Shown here piece after piece: positions 25,456 to 35,844 of a DNA stretch of 38,073 nt. The stretch is from IMG/VR virus record IMGVR_UViG_3300049015_000051, positions 1 through 38,073 of that record; one strand, written 5' to 3'. The notes under the pieces were generated by a model. It made no database searches. It was given only the letters and a program-made list of their open reading frames with translations, and was not told the DNA's origin. A program made the position numbers and the translations under genes. Each line of letters starts with the position of its first letter. The stretch's first letter is position 1. Origin of the DNA: a virus (Duplodnaviria; Caudoviricetes).

Positions 25456-27461
25456 TGGCAAATCACGAATCAAGTTGGATCCTTAACCTGGTAAACAATA
25501 TTACTGCACCTGCACGGGATGTGGTAAGATCGGTTAGCGGTATAACTGAAAGCGTGGAAGGCATGGCAGATTCAGTTACATTTTCCGAACGTGATATAAA
25601 AGAAGCCTTAACCAATGCTAAAACGCATTATAAGGATCTTCAGAAATCCGTTGCAGATTTAGAGCGTGAAATGAAGCAGCTTGAAAGGGTACAAAATGTT
25701 GGCGGCTTTATTGAAGCGCGGCAAGCTGCCCAAGCTTATGCACAGGCAGAAATAAGGATGAACGGCCTTAGGGAAGCCATGCAGGGCGCTGAACAGGATA
25801 TGCGGGATCTTACTGAACAATCTGCTGCTTTTGAAAGGCAAAGCCAAGATTGGGCTTCCATGTTTACAGGGATCAATCAGGGGCTTGAACTTGCTGATAA
25901 GGCTGTTGGTGCAATGGATTTCACTTCCGGCATAGAAGATCTGAAAGTAAGCATCCAGCGTATGACAGATACTTCAGGTGAACAGCTTGATAACCTTACC
26001 GCCAAAGCCTTCACGCTTGGTGAAACGTTTAAGGAAAGCCCGGAAGATATTGCCCGTGCCGCTAATGCTATGACTAAGCAAATTGGCGGTTCGTATGAAG
26101 AAAATTTGGCTTTGATCCAACAGGGATATGAAAAAGGCGCAAACCTTAACGGTGATTTCCTTGATCAGCTTAAAGAGTATGGCCCACAACTGAAGGAACT
26201 TGGCTTAAGCGGTTCACAGTCTATTGCCCTAATGGCAAAAGCAGGTAAAGATGGTGTGTTTTCAGATAAGGCAATTGATTCCATTAAAGAAGCCAATTTA
26301 TCATTAAGGGAAATGGATCAGGCGCAAGTTGATGCCCTTGCAGGCATTAAAATGAAGCCTGAAGATCTTGCAGGAAAAACAGCCTTTGAAGCCGTTCAGT
26401 TGATCACTAAGCAGATGGAAGGTGCCACAACGCAAGCAAGGCAATTGGTGATGGCTGATATTTTTAAAGGTGCTGGTGAAGATGCAGGTTTCAAATTTGT
26501 TGAAGGCTTATCTTCTGTAGATCTTGACATAAATAAGATCCCATCCTATCAGGAATCCGGCACGGGAATCACACAATGGCTTTCAGATCTTAAAACTTCC
26601 TTCAGCAACACATTTGGCGGCATAGCAAGTTCTGTTGTGCAAATCGCCCCTGTTGTTACAGGCGTTGCTTCAATGATCCCAATCTTCCAAGCTTTATCAC
26701 AAGTAACCTGGATTCAGGCAGCAGCTACCAAAATAGCGACTGCAGCACAATGGGTATGGAATGCCGCAATGACCGCAAACCCGATTGGGCTTATAATAGC
26801 TGCTGTGGCTGCCTTAGTGGCTGCCATTGTATGGGTGGCAAGTAAAACCACAGGTTGGGGTGAAATGTGGAAGCACACGGTTGAAGGCGCAAAGCTTCTG
26901 TTTATGGCATTTGTTGAAAGTGCAAAGTGGTATTTCAACACGCTTGTTAATGGCCTGATGATCGGGATCAACCTGATTAAAGTGGGATGGTATGAGTTTA
27001 AGAACGCCATGGGCATTGGTGATGAAGCCGAAAATAATGATATGCTTGCTAAGATCCATGCCGATACTGAAGCCCGGAAGAATGCAATTGTTGATGGTGC
27101 CAAAAAGATTAATGATTTAGGGAAAAAGGCTAAGGAAGAATTTATCCTTGCCGCCAACAGCGTGAAGTGGAAGGATGAAAAACAGGCAGAAAAGAAAACC
27201 GCCAAGGGTGCTGCAGGCCATGATTTTTCCACAATGGGCGGTGATGCCCCAAAACTGGATGGTGCTTCCAAACTTACTGCAAGTGGTGCAGCAGGCGCGG
27301 GTAGTTCAGGGCCACGTGTTCTGAACATGACTATCAATGTAAAGCAGGATTTTAATGTAAGGGATGGTGCTGATTGGCTTTCAAGGAAAAAGCAGATCCT
27401 TGATGAAATTGTGGGCGAACTGAATGATTCACTTAAGGATAGTTTAATTGTAGCAGGATAA
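25455..27461 (+). CDS. Tail tape measure protein
   Basis: 668 aa, Ala/Gly-rich helical; AAQWVWNAAMTANPIGLII motif. Confidence 0.92.
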   Translation: MANHESSWILNLVNNITAPARDVVRSVSGITESVEGMADSVTFSERDIKEALTNAKTHYKDLQKSVADLEREMKQLERVQNVGGFIEARQAAQAYAQAEIRMNGLREAMQGAEQDMRDLTEQSAAFERQSQDWASMFTGINQGLELADKAVGAMDFTSGIEDLKVSIQRMTDTSGEQLDNLTAKAFTLGETFKESPEDIARAANAMTKQIGGSYEENLALIQQGYEKGANLNGDFLDQLKEYGPQLKELGLSGSQSIALMAKAGKDGVFSDKAIDSIKEANLSLREMDQAQVDALAGIKMKPEDLAGKTAFEAVQLITKQMEGATTQARQLVMADIFKGAGEDAGFKFVEGLSSVDLDINKIPSYQESGTGITQWLSDLKTSFSNTFGGIASSVVQIAPVVTGVASMIPIFQALSQVTWIQAAATKIATAAQWVWNAAMTANPIGLIIAAVAALVAAIVWVASKTTGWGEMWKHTVEGAKLLFMAFVESAKWYFNTLVNGLMIGINLIKVGWYEFKNAMGIGDEAENNDMLAKIHADTEARKNAIVDGAKKINDLGKKAKEEFILAANSVKWKDEKQAEKKTAKGAAGHDFSTMGGDAPKLDGASKLTASGAAGAGSSGPRVLNMTINVKQDFNVRDGADWLSRKKQILDEIVGELNDSLKDSLIVAG

Positions 27462-28105
27462 TGGATTTTAATATACCATCATTGTTTTTAGAAGCCTTCG
27501 GGTTAAAGGTTGCCGGATCTTATTATCCTGAAATCTCACAGGGGGCGCAAGCACCGCAAAAAGGGCTTTATGAAGGAATAAAGGTTGTTGAAGATATTAA
27601 TGAAGCCAAGGAAATGAGCTTCCTTGGAACTCCAATCCTGTTCCCGATCACCTTTATGGAAGGCACTTATAAAAAGTACAATTACAGGGGTGAAATTATA
27701 GATGTTCAAATGGCTGAATATCGCTTACCTGCAGCCTGTGTGGTTGACTTTGACCGCCCAAAGAAAATGAGTACAACAGCCCTTAATGGCGGTTATGATT
27801 CAGTTACAGAAATATATGGTTTTGATAACTATCAGATCAATATTAACGGCTTTTATCTTCCTGATCGCACACATCCGCAGGGATTGATAACGCCCCTGCA
27901 GCAGGAACAGGAAATGGTAAAGTGGGATGATTTGGCATGTTCCATCAATGTTCTTTGCGAATTGTTCAGTATGCGCGGAATATCATCCATAACGATCAAA
28001 AATGCACCTGTTAAAGCATTAAGGGGGCAGCCGAACATAAGGCCGTTCAGCATCCAGGCAATTAGTGATGCACCAATTGAATTAATTATAAAGAGTGAAG
28101 TATGA
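27461..28105 (+). CDS. Tail tube initiator-like protein (DUF6046-like)
   Basis: SVTEIYGFDNYQINING and IQAISD; follows the tape measure. Confidence 0.65.
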   Translation: MDFNIPSLFLEAFGLKVAGSYYPEISQGAQAPQKGLYEGIKVVEDINEAKEMSFLGTPILFPITFMEGTYKKYNYRGEIIDVQMAEYRLPAACVVDFDRPKKMSTTALNGGYDSVTEIYGFDNYQININGFYLPDRTHPQGLITPLQQEQEMVKWDDLACSINVLCELFSMRGISSITIKNAPVKALRGQPNIRPFSIQAISDAPIELIIKSEV

Positions 28106-29067
28106 CATTGGCAATTGTAACTAAGATCGTTTTTCCTGCCAGCAATGGCCGCCCTGAAATTATGATCCGCAAAGTTAATTCTGTTCACATTGAAAGCACA
28201 TGGGAAACGCTTACAGATAAAGCCACAATCATACTGCCAAGGAATGTAAAGGATTTCGACAAAATGAAGGTACGTGATATCTTCAGGAAGGGTGATCCTG
28301 TGATCATTTACTTAGGTTACAATGAAGTATTTGTTGAAGAATTTAACGGCTTCATATCTGCAGTATCAGCAGATATACCCGTAAAGATTGAATGTGAAGA
28401 TATGATGTACCTGCTTAAGAAGCACCCGGTAAGCATATCAATGCGTAATACAAGTTTGCAGGATCTGATTAAGGCCATTGTTCCTGCAGGCATTGAAACT
28501 GATGTTGCCGATATCAACATTGGTACAAAGCGTTGGCCAAGGACAACTGCAGCCCAAATTTTGGAAGAACTGCAGGAAGCAAAAATTTACAGCTACTTCA
28601 GGGGCAAAACCCTTGTAGTTGGGAAGATCTACAGCGATGATAAAGAACCGCCCGCGATATTTGATTTTTCCAAAAATGTAGTTGATAACCAGCTTAACTA
28701 TAAGCACAAAGATGATGTAATGATCAAGATCGTTGCAACATCAAACCTGCCAAAAGGCAAAAAGCTGAAGGTTGAAGTGGGCGACCATTTCGGCACAGAA
28801 ATGAATCTTTCATATTACAATATTCAGGTTGAAGCCGAACTTACAAAGTTGGCAAAGCTTGATTATGACAAATATAAGGTTGATGGCTTTGAAGGGCATA
28901 TTGTTGTTTTCGGAATCCCTTCAGTACGCCACGGAATGAAAGCCTTGATCAGAAGTGTGCAATACCCGGACAGGAACGGCACGTACTGGATCAAGAAAGT
29001 TGATAAAGAAGTATCGGACAATGCCACATACAGGCAGAATGTTCATTTAGATAAAAAATCAGCATGA
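28102..29067 (+). CDS. Baseplate hub (Mu gp44/late control D-like)
   Basis: LTDKATIILP, IYLGY...EFNGFI and IECEDMMYLLK motifs. Confidence 0.75.
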   Translation: MTLAIVTKIVFPASNGRPEIMIRKVNSVHIESTWETLTDKATIILPRNVKDFDKMKVRDIFRKGDPVIIYLGYNEVFVEEFNGFISAVSADIPVKIECEDMMYLLKKHPVSISMRNTSLQDLIKAIVPAGIETDVADINIGTKRWPRTTAAQILEELQEAKIYSYFRGKTLVVGKIYSDDKEPPAIFDFSKNVVDNQLNYKHKDDVMIKIVATSNLPKGKKLKVEVGDHFGTEMNLSYYNIQVEAELTKLAKLDYDKYKVDGFEGHIVVFGIPSVRHGMKALIRSVQYPDRNGTYWIKKVDKEVSDNATYRQNVHLDKKSA

Positions 29068-29579
29068 GCGATAAGTTAGCAGAATTTGCAAGCCTGATCA
29101 AGAAGAAAGCAAAGGGGCAGGTTCCTATACAAACCGAATGGGTTACAGTTAAGGAAGTGGATTGGGAAGCAAAGAGCATGACCGCCACCGGCAATGAAAA
29201 TGACCTGGATTATTATGATGTTGATTTAGGCTTAGGATCTGTTTGCAAAAAGCCAAAAGTTGGTACAACCGCTTTGATCGGCACCATCCATAACACGGCT
29301 GCAGCCTACATGATCGACTGTGAAGAATTTGAAGAACTGTTTATAAAATCGGGTGAATCGGAATTTACCATTAAGCAGGAAGGATTTATTGTGAAGCACG
29401 GCAATGAAAGCCTTAAAACGGTGCTTAATGATCTGATCGCTGAAAAGAATAAGCTGAATAAGCAATTGCAGTTGGTGGTGGTATCTGCAGGCGTAAGCCC
29501 TAATGTACCCGCGCTGCAGCAAATAGAACAGGAAACTGAATCGGTTAAACAGCGTTTAAACGCCATTTTAATAGAATAA
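29064..29579 (+). CDS. Baseplate spike-like protein
   Basis: OB-fold-like N-terminus (VKEVD...PKVGT) and position after the hub. Confidence 0.6.
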   Translation: MSDKLAEFASLIKKKAKGQVPIQTEWVTVKEVDWEAKSMTATGNENDLDYYDVDLGLGSVCKKPKVGTTALIGTIHNTAAAYMIDCEEFEELFIKSGESEFTIKQEGFIVKHGNESLKTVLNDLIAEKNKLNKQLQLVVVSAGVSPNVPALQQIEQETESVKQRLNAILIE

Positions 29580-29581
29580 CA

Positions 29582-29764
29582 ATGTTAGATAAACCAGCAT
29601 TAAAAGCGGCAATTGTTGAAGCCTTCAGTAACCCAAGCACCAACAATAATGTTGAAACGGTATCACAGAAGCTTGCTGATGCCATTGAAGCTTATGTAAA
29701 AAGCGGTACCGTAACGGGTACCTGCCCGCCAAATGGCCCACTAACTAACGGTAAGGTTGAATAA
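29582..29764 (+). CDS. Small tail/baseplate protein
   Basis: LADAIEAYVKSGTV; coupled in the operon. Confidence 0.6.
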   Translation: MLDKPALKAAIVEAFSNPSTNNNVETVSQKLADAIEAYVKSGTVTGTCPPNGPLTNGKVE

Positions 29765-30033
29765 TGGAAAAAGATATCCTGTTAACGGCTGATAATGATC
29801 TGATGATTGCCAATGGTGATTTTGTCATTGGTGAATGTGAAATGCAGGAAGTTGCGATCATTGTTGAACTGGATCAGGGCAATTTGAAGCGTGATCCTGT
29901 TTTAGGCCCCAACCTGGTAACGAACATCAGGGGAACCCAAAGGGAAGAACGCATCAAGCGTGCCCTGAAAACTAACCTTGCTATGGATAACAAGGATTTT
30001 GAATCGATTAAGAACAAATTAATTCTAAGATAA
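29764..30033 (+). CDS. Baseplate wedge/sheath initiator (gp25/gp46-like)
   Basis: DLMIANGDFVIG...G.LK.DP.LG motif. Confidence 0.65.
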   Translation: MEKDILLTADNDLMIANGDFVIGECEMQEVAIIVELDQGNLKRDPVLGPNLVTNIRGTQREERIKRALKTNLAMDNKDFESIKNKLILR

Positions 30034-30381
30034 ATGTGGGAAGTAATGCAGCCTTACATAGGTGAAGCCTTAGCGGCAATAGTTGGCGGTTTTGTAGTGT
30101 GGTACCCAAACAGATTAAAAACCCGTGCTGAAGGGCAACAGGCCATTTTAGATATGTATCAGGAATCGCTAACAGATCTTAAGCAACGGTATGATGAAAA
30201 GTATGAAGATCTGAAAACACGATATGATGAAAAATACAATGAACTGAAGGAAACTTTTGATCTAAGGCTTAAGAATGTAACATCAGAACTGGAAAATGTA
30301 AAGCTGTTACTTGAAGATTGGAAAAGGAAGTATTTCGCCCTGAAAAAAGAATTTGATCAATATAAAAAGGATCATCCATGA
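30034..30381 (+). CDS. Membrane-anchored coiled-coil protein (holin candidate)
   Basis: N-terminal hydrophobic helix followed by 11-aa repeats LKxRYDEKYxx. Confidence 0.5.
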   Translation: MWEVMQPYIGEALAAIVGGFVVWYPNRLKTRAEGQQAILDMYQESLTDLKQRYDEKYEDLKTRYDEKYNELKETFDLRLKNVTSELENVKLLLEDWKRKYFALKKEFDQYKKDHP

Positions 30382-30659
30382 AAATATATGTAGCGGAAAA
30401 TCAATCGGTATTTGATATTGCAATTCAATACTTAGGAAGCGCCTTAGCAGCGATTGATGTTGCGCTTGCAAATAATATATCACTTACTGATGTACTACAA
30501 CCGGGGCAGCAGTTGGTGATTCCTGATAGCGGCTTCAGGAATGATGAAGTTGCTAATTATTTTACAGGAAGAAATCAAGGTATTGCCACAAACTTCCTTG
30601 ATATCACGGTTAACGAAATTGATTATTTAATACCGGGCATGTTCCCTTATAGCTTGTAA
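30378..30659 (+). CDS. LysM/tail X-like baseplate protein
   Basis: QSVFDIAIQYLGS...ANNI...LQPGQQLVIP. Confidence 0.75.
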   Translation: MKIYVAENQSVFDIAIQYLGSALAAIDVALANNISLTDVLQPGQQLVIPDSGFRNDEVANYFTGRNQGIATNFLDITVNEIDYLIPGMFPYSL

Positions 30660-30660
30660 T

Positions 30661-31575
30661 ATGGGCAGAAGTATAAACGAGATCCAAAACGTAATGTTAG
30701 ATGCTAAGGCAACCGCTGAAGATCTTTCCGCACTTGAAGTGCTTACAGAACAGGAACAGGCTTTAAATGATATCAACAGCACAAGCAAAGTTTCAATATG
30801 GCGGCTTATCCTTTGGATCATCGCTTATGCCATGTTCAATGAAGAACGCCTTTGGGATATTTTTAAGGCTGAAGCTGAAGCCGAAATGGCTAAGCAAAAA
30901 GTGCATTCGCAGGAATGGTATAAACAAAAAGCTTTGGGTTTTCATTTTGGGGTTCCTGTTATACCTGGTACAGATCAGTTTAATCTTGAAGGGCTTTCCA
31001 ATGCTCAAATTGTAGCAGCTAAGAAAATCAATCAGGCAGCATGTGTAAAGCTTGTAAGCGCTAACGGTTACGGGATATTAAGGATCAAGGTTGCAACGTC
31101 CGATAATAGCGGGCAACTTCAGCCTGTGCCGGATAACATCTTCCAAGCCCTAAAGCATTATATTCTTAGATATGCAGTTGATGGCGGTACACAGGTAAGA
31201 GTTACCACAAACCCTGCAGATGATCTTAAGCTTCATCTGGAAGTGTATTATGATCCGCTTGTGATGGGGCCATCAGGCGTGAACCTTTTAACCGGAAATG
31301 AAACAAGCGTACAAGATGCCATTAACAGCTACTTGCAAGGCATTGAGTTTAACGGTGAATTTGGGCGTGATGATCTTGTGCAAAAAATCAGATCTGTACC
31401 GGGCGTTAAAGGTGCGCGCATTGTTTCTGCAGCAAGTAAATATGGTGATTTCACTTATGAAAGTGTTGATGTTGCCAATGCAGGGCCTATAAATGAATAT
31501 CGTGTTGCAGATAGCGGTTATATGAAGCTTGATATGAACGTGTTCAACATCCAATTTATTAAAAAATCTGAATGA
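30661..31575 (+). CDS. Baseplate wedge protein (J-like)
   Basis: STSKVSIWRL, WYKQKAL and AINSYL..IEFNG...VPGV motifs. Confidence 0.7.
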   Translation: MGRSINEIQNVMLDAKATAEDLSALEVLTEQEQALNDINSTSKVSIWRLILWIIAYAMFNEERLWDIFKAEAEAEMAKQKVHSQEWYKQKALGFHFGVPVIPGTDQFNLEGLSNAQIVAAKKINQAACVKLVSANGYGILRIKVATSDNSGQLQPVPDNIFQALKHYILRYAVDGGTQVRVTTNPADDLKLHLEVYYDPLVMGPSGVNLLTGNETSVQDAINSYLQGIEFNGEFGRDDLVQKIRSVPGVKGARIVSAASKYGDFTYESVDVANAGPINEYRVADSGYMKLDMNVFNIQFIKKSE

Positions 31576-32093
31576 TGAACGTGTATAGCATCAACTGGAA
31601 TATCTTTTCTGATAACCAGCTTATGGGCAAACTTAGGAAGCCAAAGATCAGAAGCTTTGCAAAGATCCTGCTGCATCCTATGAAGCTGCTGCACCTGGAC
31701 TTTTTAAACTTCAGGCAGAAGTGCCTTTACAGGATCCAACACAATTCGCAGATCTGCTACATGGAAGCTATGTTGAATGATCTTTTTGATCCAAGCTTAA
31801 GACGTATCAGGATAGTGAATGTTACTTTTTTAGAACCAATATACTTCTATGAACCTGAAGAAAACAGGGATGTATATTTTTATGAGCCTGAAGAAGGAAG
31901 GGATGTTTATTTCAGGGAAGAAGAAGATTTTGCAGGTGATGGGGTTGATTTCCTTGTTTGTGTTCCACCTGATCTGCAGCCACAAACGGAAGCCGCCACA
32001 ATGGCATATATCACCCGGATGAGTGGTGAAGTTGAATATTACAAATTATATAGCAAAAACTTTAAAATAGTATGGGATCAAATAAACGGATAG
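31572..32093 (+). CDS. Baseplate/tail protein (I-like)
   Basis: QICYMEAMLNDLFD and DFLVCVP; contains 10-aa repeats YFYEPEExRDV. Confidence 0.65.
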   Translation: MMNVYSINWNIFSDNQLMGKLRKPKIRSFAKILLHPMKLLHLDFLNFRQKCLYRIQHNSQICYMEAMLNDLFDPSLRRIRIVNVTFLEPIYFYEPEENRDVYFYEPEEGRDVYFREEEDFAGDGVDFLVCVPPDLQPQTEAATMAYITRMSGEVEYYKLYSKNFKIVWDQING

Positions 32094-32938
32094 TAACAAG
32101 CGCAACTGGATTTCCTGTGAATAATCACACGTGGCGATTTATTCAGCAAGCGTGGCGTGAACCTTTGGAAGCTATTGCGCAAAATGCAGGTGATAAAACT
32201 ATTGTTGCAGGTTTAATGCCAACATTATTTAACCTTAACGGAACGGTAGCGGCCTATGGAAATGGATATGTAAGCTATAATGGCGAAATACTTCCATTTG
32301 TTGGCGGTGCACCCGGAATAACCGTTACACTCGTTGAAGAAACTGTTAATGGTAATTATGATGCTGATATTGATAACGATGGGCAGCAGGATAACCTACC
32401 ACAGTATATAACAAGATATCTGAAGTTTGGGAATGATGGCATTGCCACCTTTCCATTTAGCCAACTATACAGGAATAAGACAATAAAGGAACTTTCACAA
32501 TTTAGTTTGCCATCAAACCTTGTGCAAGATCCTGCCTATGTGCATACCGATAATAACTTAACAACAGCCATGATTAATGCGTGGAATGCCTTGATATCAA
32601 ATGTGCGTGCCGATTGGAATGTATCGAACCCCCAATCACAGGCTTTTATACTTAACAAGCCCACAAATCTTGTACGTGCTTTATACAGGGGAAATGTTGT
32701 TATGGGTGATGTAGGGATAAATAACTCTTCTTTCAACTGCACGTTCCCGAATGTGGGCACCAGCAGCTATATGGTGCTGGGCGGCCTTGAAGTTAATGGC
32801 GCGGGGGGTGATGTTAATGTTACGTGGGCTGTATCAACCAAAACCGCTACCTACTTCACCGTTCATTTTAGCGAAGCCTACCAAGTACCACAAAACCTTC
32901 GATTTAGATTTTTACTAACAGAAATGTATAATCAGTAA
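32072..32938 (+). CDS. Tail fibre protein
   Basis: TGFP...GYVSYNGEILPF.GG N-terminus, VHTDNN and NVRADWN...AFILNKP fibre motifs, beta-rich C-terminus. Confidence 0.75.
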   Translation: MGSNKRIVTSATGFPVNNHTWRFIQQAWREPLEAIAQNAGDKTIVAGLMPTLFNLNGTVAAYGNGYVSYNGEILPFVGGAPGITVTLVEETVNGNYDADIDNDGQQDNLPQYITRYLKFGNDGIATFPFSQLYRNKTIKELSQFSLPSNLVQDPAYVHTDNNLTTAMINAWNALISNVRADWNVSNPQSQAFILNKPTNLVRALYRGNVVMGDVGINNSSFNCTFPNVGTSSYMVLGGLEVNGAGGDVNVTWAVSTKTATYFTVHFSEAYQVPQNLRFRFLLTEMYNQ

Positions 32939-33414
32939 TGAGATATTATAAAGCAGAGCCGGTAAATAACAAACCGTTTATTTATTGGCATTTATGGGCT
33001 AATAGCATAGAAGAACTTCAGGCATTAGGATATGAAGATGATCCCCTTATCATAGCAGAAGCTGATATGCCCGATTATCAGTTTGGTGTGTGCCCAATGA
33101 AGATAGTTGATGGCCAACTTGTGAACAGGACCGCACAGGAAATGGAAGATTTTGAATCTGAATTTATTGCTTCATCAGGCTTCAGGACTTATGGTGCAAA
33201 GATAGCAGATGTAAACAAAGCTTTATTTGTTTATGATGGTAAAAGCTTTCCCATGCATGATGCCGCCCGGTTATTTTATGGTTGCATTCAACGTACTGCA
33301 GCCAATTATAAAGTTCAGCATAGCACAGGCATTGTTGATGTATTTCAGGCTGATATACCTGCGTTTCTTGATGCTTATTACAACAAACTTCAAACCTTAA
33401 CACAACCTGAATAA
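32938..33414 (+). CDS. Putative tail fibre assembly/accessory protein
   Basis: Coupled directly after the fibre gene. Confidence 0.5.
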   Translation: MRYYKAEPVNNKPFIYWHLWANSIEELQALGYEDDPLIIAEADMPDYQFGVCPMKIVDGQLVNRTAQEMEDFESEFIASSGFRTYGAKIADVNKALFVYDGKSFPMHDAARLFYGCIQRTAANYKVQHSTGIVDVFQADIPAFLDAYYNKLQTLTQPE

Positions 33415-34253
33415 TGGCAATAGAGCAATTAAATATAGTTCAAAAGGAGGATAGTGCTGATAAGTTAGCACAGATGCAAGGCGTGCCTGAAAAGAATTAT
33501 GTGAAAGCATCTGAATTTAATCAGGTAAAGGATAAAGTTAATGAAGTTGTATCTGCAGCCAATCAAAAAAAGGAATCGCTAAACGATACGCACAATGAAT
33601 TTCCTTCTTCCAAAGCTGTACGTGATGAAACTGAAAAGAAAATCACCAAGGCAGAAAAGGATGAACTGGAAGTATTAAGTGCTGTAGATGTTAACGATGT
33701 AGATCCAAAAGGCAAGGGGTTGCTGTTCTTTAAGAATGCGATAACTGTTACCGGTATAAAGTCTGTTGGATTATATGAAGGGCAGGAATTTTTTATAATG
33801 AACGGCAGCATTGGAGTTTTGACAATTGCCAATATGAGTAACAGTTCAACGCCTGGTAACAGGATTTATTTACAATCAGGGCAAAATCTTTCAATGAAGC
33901 CAAATGGAGTTATAAGATTGCGATACTCAAAGGTAAGATCCCGATTTGAAGTTATAACATCCTTTGGTGTGGATATGCTTGCAAGCCTTGCCTATGCGGG
34001 TAATGTGCAACGGGTTGTTACTGTAACGCCTGAAGGAGTTTGTTTTGCTGAAGAAATGATGGAATATGAAGTATTTGATGAAACAACTGTTGGCTATGCA
34101 AATCTGAATGCAATCGTATTGGCATATCCATCAAGTGCTGGCCGAAAAAAAGGATTTCAGGTAATCTGCCCATACACCACGCCACCTTGCATATTTAAAA
34201 AATGTTCTGATGGTGATGAAAAATGGATTAAACTTTCAGCAGTAACATTATGA
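33414..34253 (+). CDS. Putative secondary fibre/structural protein
   Basis: VKASEFNQVKDKVNE N-terminal motif and PSSKAV motif seen in virion fibre-like proteins. Confidence 0.55.
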   Translation: MAIEQLNIVQKEDSADKLAQMQGVPEKNYVKASEFNQVKDKVNEVVSAANQKKESLNDTHNEFPSSKAVRDETEKKITKAEKDELEVLSAVDVNDVDPKGKGLLFFKNAITVTGIKSVGLYEGQEFFIMNGSIGVLTIANMSNSSTPGNRIYLQSGQNLSMKPNGVIRLRYSKVRSRFEVITSFGVDMLASLAYAGNVQRVVTVTPEGVCFAEEMMEYEVFDETTVGYANLNAIVLAYPSSAGRKKGFQVICPYTTPPCIFKKCSDGDEKWIKLSAVTL

Positions 34254-35830
34254 TTTTAAAAGTTAATGGTTCTTATGGTAAAAGCGCGGGGCGATTTCTT
34301 CAGGTTACGCCTGATGGTGATATTATTCTCACGTTTGATGTCGTGGGTAGCTACTTCCCTGCGCGTACCGCACCAAACCTTACAACCGCCATAAGTTTGA
34401 GAAGTCAGGATAACGTAAGTAATAAACTATACATTGACTATAGCGACGGCACGGGCGAACACATAATTGACTTTAAATCTACAGGCAGTATAAGGGCTAT
34501 AAATTTTGGTGCAAACGCAAACGCTACTACTCCGGCAACTATCACAACGCAGGGGTCACTTAACGTTAGTTCCCTGCACTTCTATCAGGATTTGCCTGCG
34601 GGTGTAAAGGACACCGTTAACGATAGCTATATGTTAAATGGACAAACACGTAAGATTAAAATTCGATTCCAAAAGCCACAGTCTATAACCCAGATAACTG
34701 TTAACCGGGTATATTTCTATAATCAGTTGCCAAGCGCGTTGTCGAAGCTGTCAAATCTTCAGATACTATCGCTTAGTAACATTAATTATATCACTTCTTT
34801 CCCGCAGGATTTCATCAACTCGCAAATTAAAGAATTAACCTTATCCGGCGTGGGTGATATCATGAATAGCGGCTTCCCGTTTTGGATATTAAACAGCCCT
34901 TTAAATAGCCTATCACTTGCGAGTAGTATTGATTTATCGGGGTCACCTGTAGCAAAGAGATTTACACAAATCAACAGCCTAAAGAATACGCTTACCTATT
35001 TGAATTTGTCAACGGCAAATATTAATTATACGATGCCGCAGGAACTTACTGAACTCTATAAGCTAACGGCATTTATAGCAAGCGTAAACACAAGCCCTGA
35101 CTTAAGATTTCCAGTTGACCTTTCAGGCTTTGTTGCGCTACAAAATATTGACTTAAACAGAACGGCAATGCCGTGGAGCGAATACGAAAGGATTATGCAG
35201 GGGATTCCATCTTTGAGGACTGTGACAATTCCAAATTTGGCATTTACAACCGACCAAGATTTTCAGGCCGTAAACACTTACATTACGGCCATACAGATAG
35301 GCGGCACGACATGGAACAATGGCGCAGTACCCTCTTTTATAAATAAGCTTGTAGGCTTAAAAACATTGACGTTGCGACAGCTTTCCGGCAACTTGGGTGT
35401 ATCGTTTAATAACTATGGCAATTTTTCTGCATGTACAGAACTTACCACTTTGGATATGTCGAGAATTACAACAATGCCTACAACTATTCCGGCATGGTTT
35501 ATTGGCCTTATCAAGTTAAAAACCATATTAGCCCCTGCAGTTTTCGGAACTATTACAAGGGTTAATGATTTTGTAAACAATGTTTACACTTTTATCACGG
35601 CAAACGCACAAATTTTGGGTGCAAGTAGCTTGCAGTTCAGAGGAATGACAATTGATATTTATGGTTCTTCATCTAACGATACACCAAATAGTGTGAGGCC
35701 ATCGGGAATCTATCAACAACCGGCTGGGTATGTGCAGGGCGTAAGCAATGGCATGCCAGCATCCGCAATGGAAAAAATATGGGTATTAGAAAAGCAATAT
35801 GCCCATTATTGGAATTATAAACCACTTTAA
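34250..35830 (+). CDS. Leucine-rich-repeat protein in tail adsorption module
   Basis: LxxLxLxx repeats: LSNLQILSLS, LTYLNLS, LQNIDLN, LKTLTLR, LTTLDMS. Confidence 0.75.
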   Translation: MILKVNGSYGKSAGRFLQVTPDGDIILTFDVVGSYFPARTAPNLTTAISLRSQDNVSNKLYIDYSDGTGEHIIDFKSTGSIRAINFGANANATTPATITTQGSLNVSSLHFYQDLPAGVKDTVNDSYMLNGQTRKIKIRFQKPQSITQITVNRVYFYNQLPSALSKLSNLQILSLSNINYITSFPQDFINSQIKELTLSGVGDIMNSGFPFWILNSPLNSLSLASSIDLSGSPVAKRFTQINSLKNTLTYLNLSTANINYTMPQELTELYKLTAFIASVNTSPDLRFPVDLSGFVALQNIDLNRTAMPWSEYERIMQGIPSLRTVTIPNLAFTTDQDFQAVNTYITAIQIGGTTWNNGAVPSFINKLVGLKTLTLRQLSGNLGVSFNNYGNFSACTELTTLDMSRITTMPTTIPAWFIGLIKLKTILAPAVFGTITRVNDFVNNVYTFITANAQILGASSLQFRGMTIDIYGSSSNDTPNSVRPSGIYQQPAGYVQGVSNGMPASAMEKIWVLEKQYAHYWNYKPL

Positions 35831-35844
35831 TTATCACTAATAAC

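Noticed and set aside
26714-27337. 207-aa minus-strand ORF and similar antisense ORFs (e.g. 17284..17874, 20162..20590)
   Set aside because: They are mirror frames of real genes, explained by codon bias.
30175-30260. 33-bp repeats (and 30-bp repeats at ~31840-31915) as DNA-level elements
   Set aside because: They are degenerate at synonymous positions and explained by 11-aa and 10-aa protein repeats.
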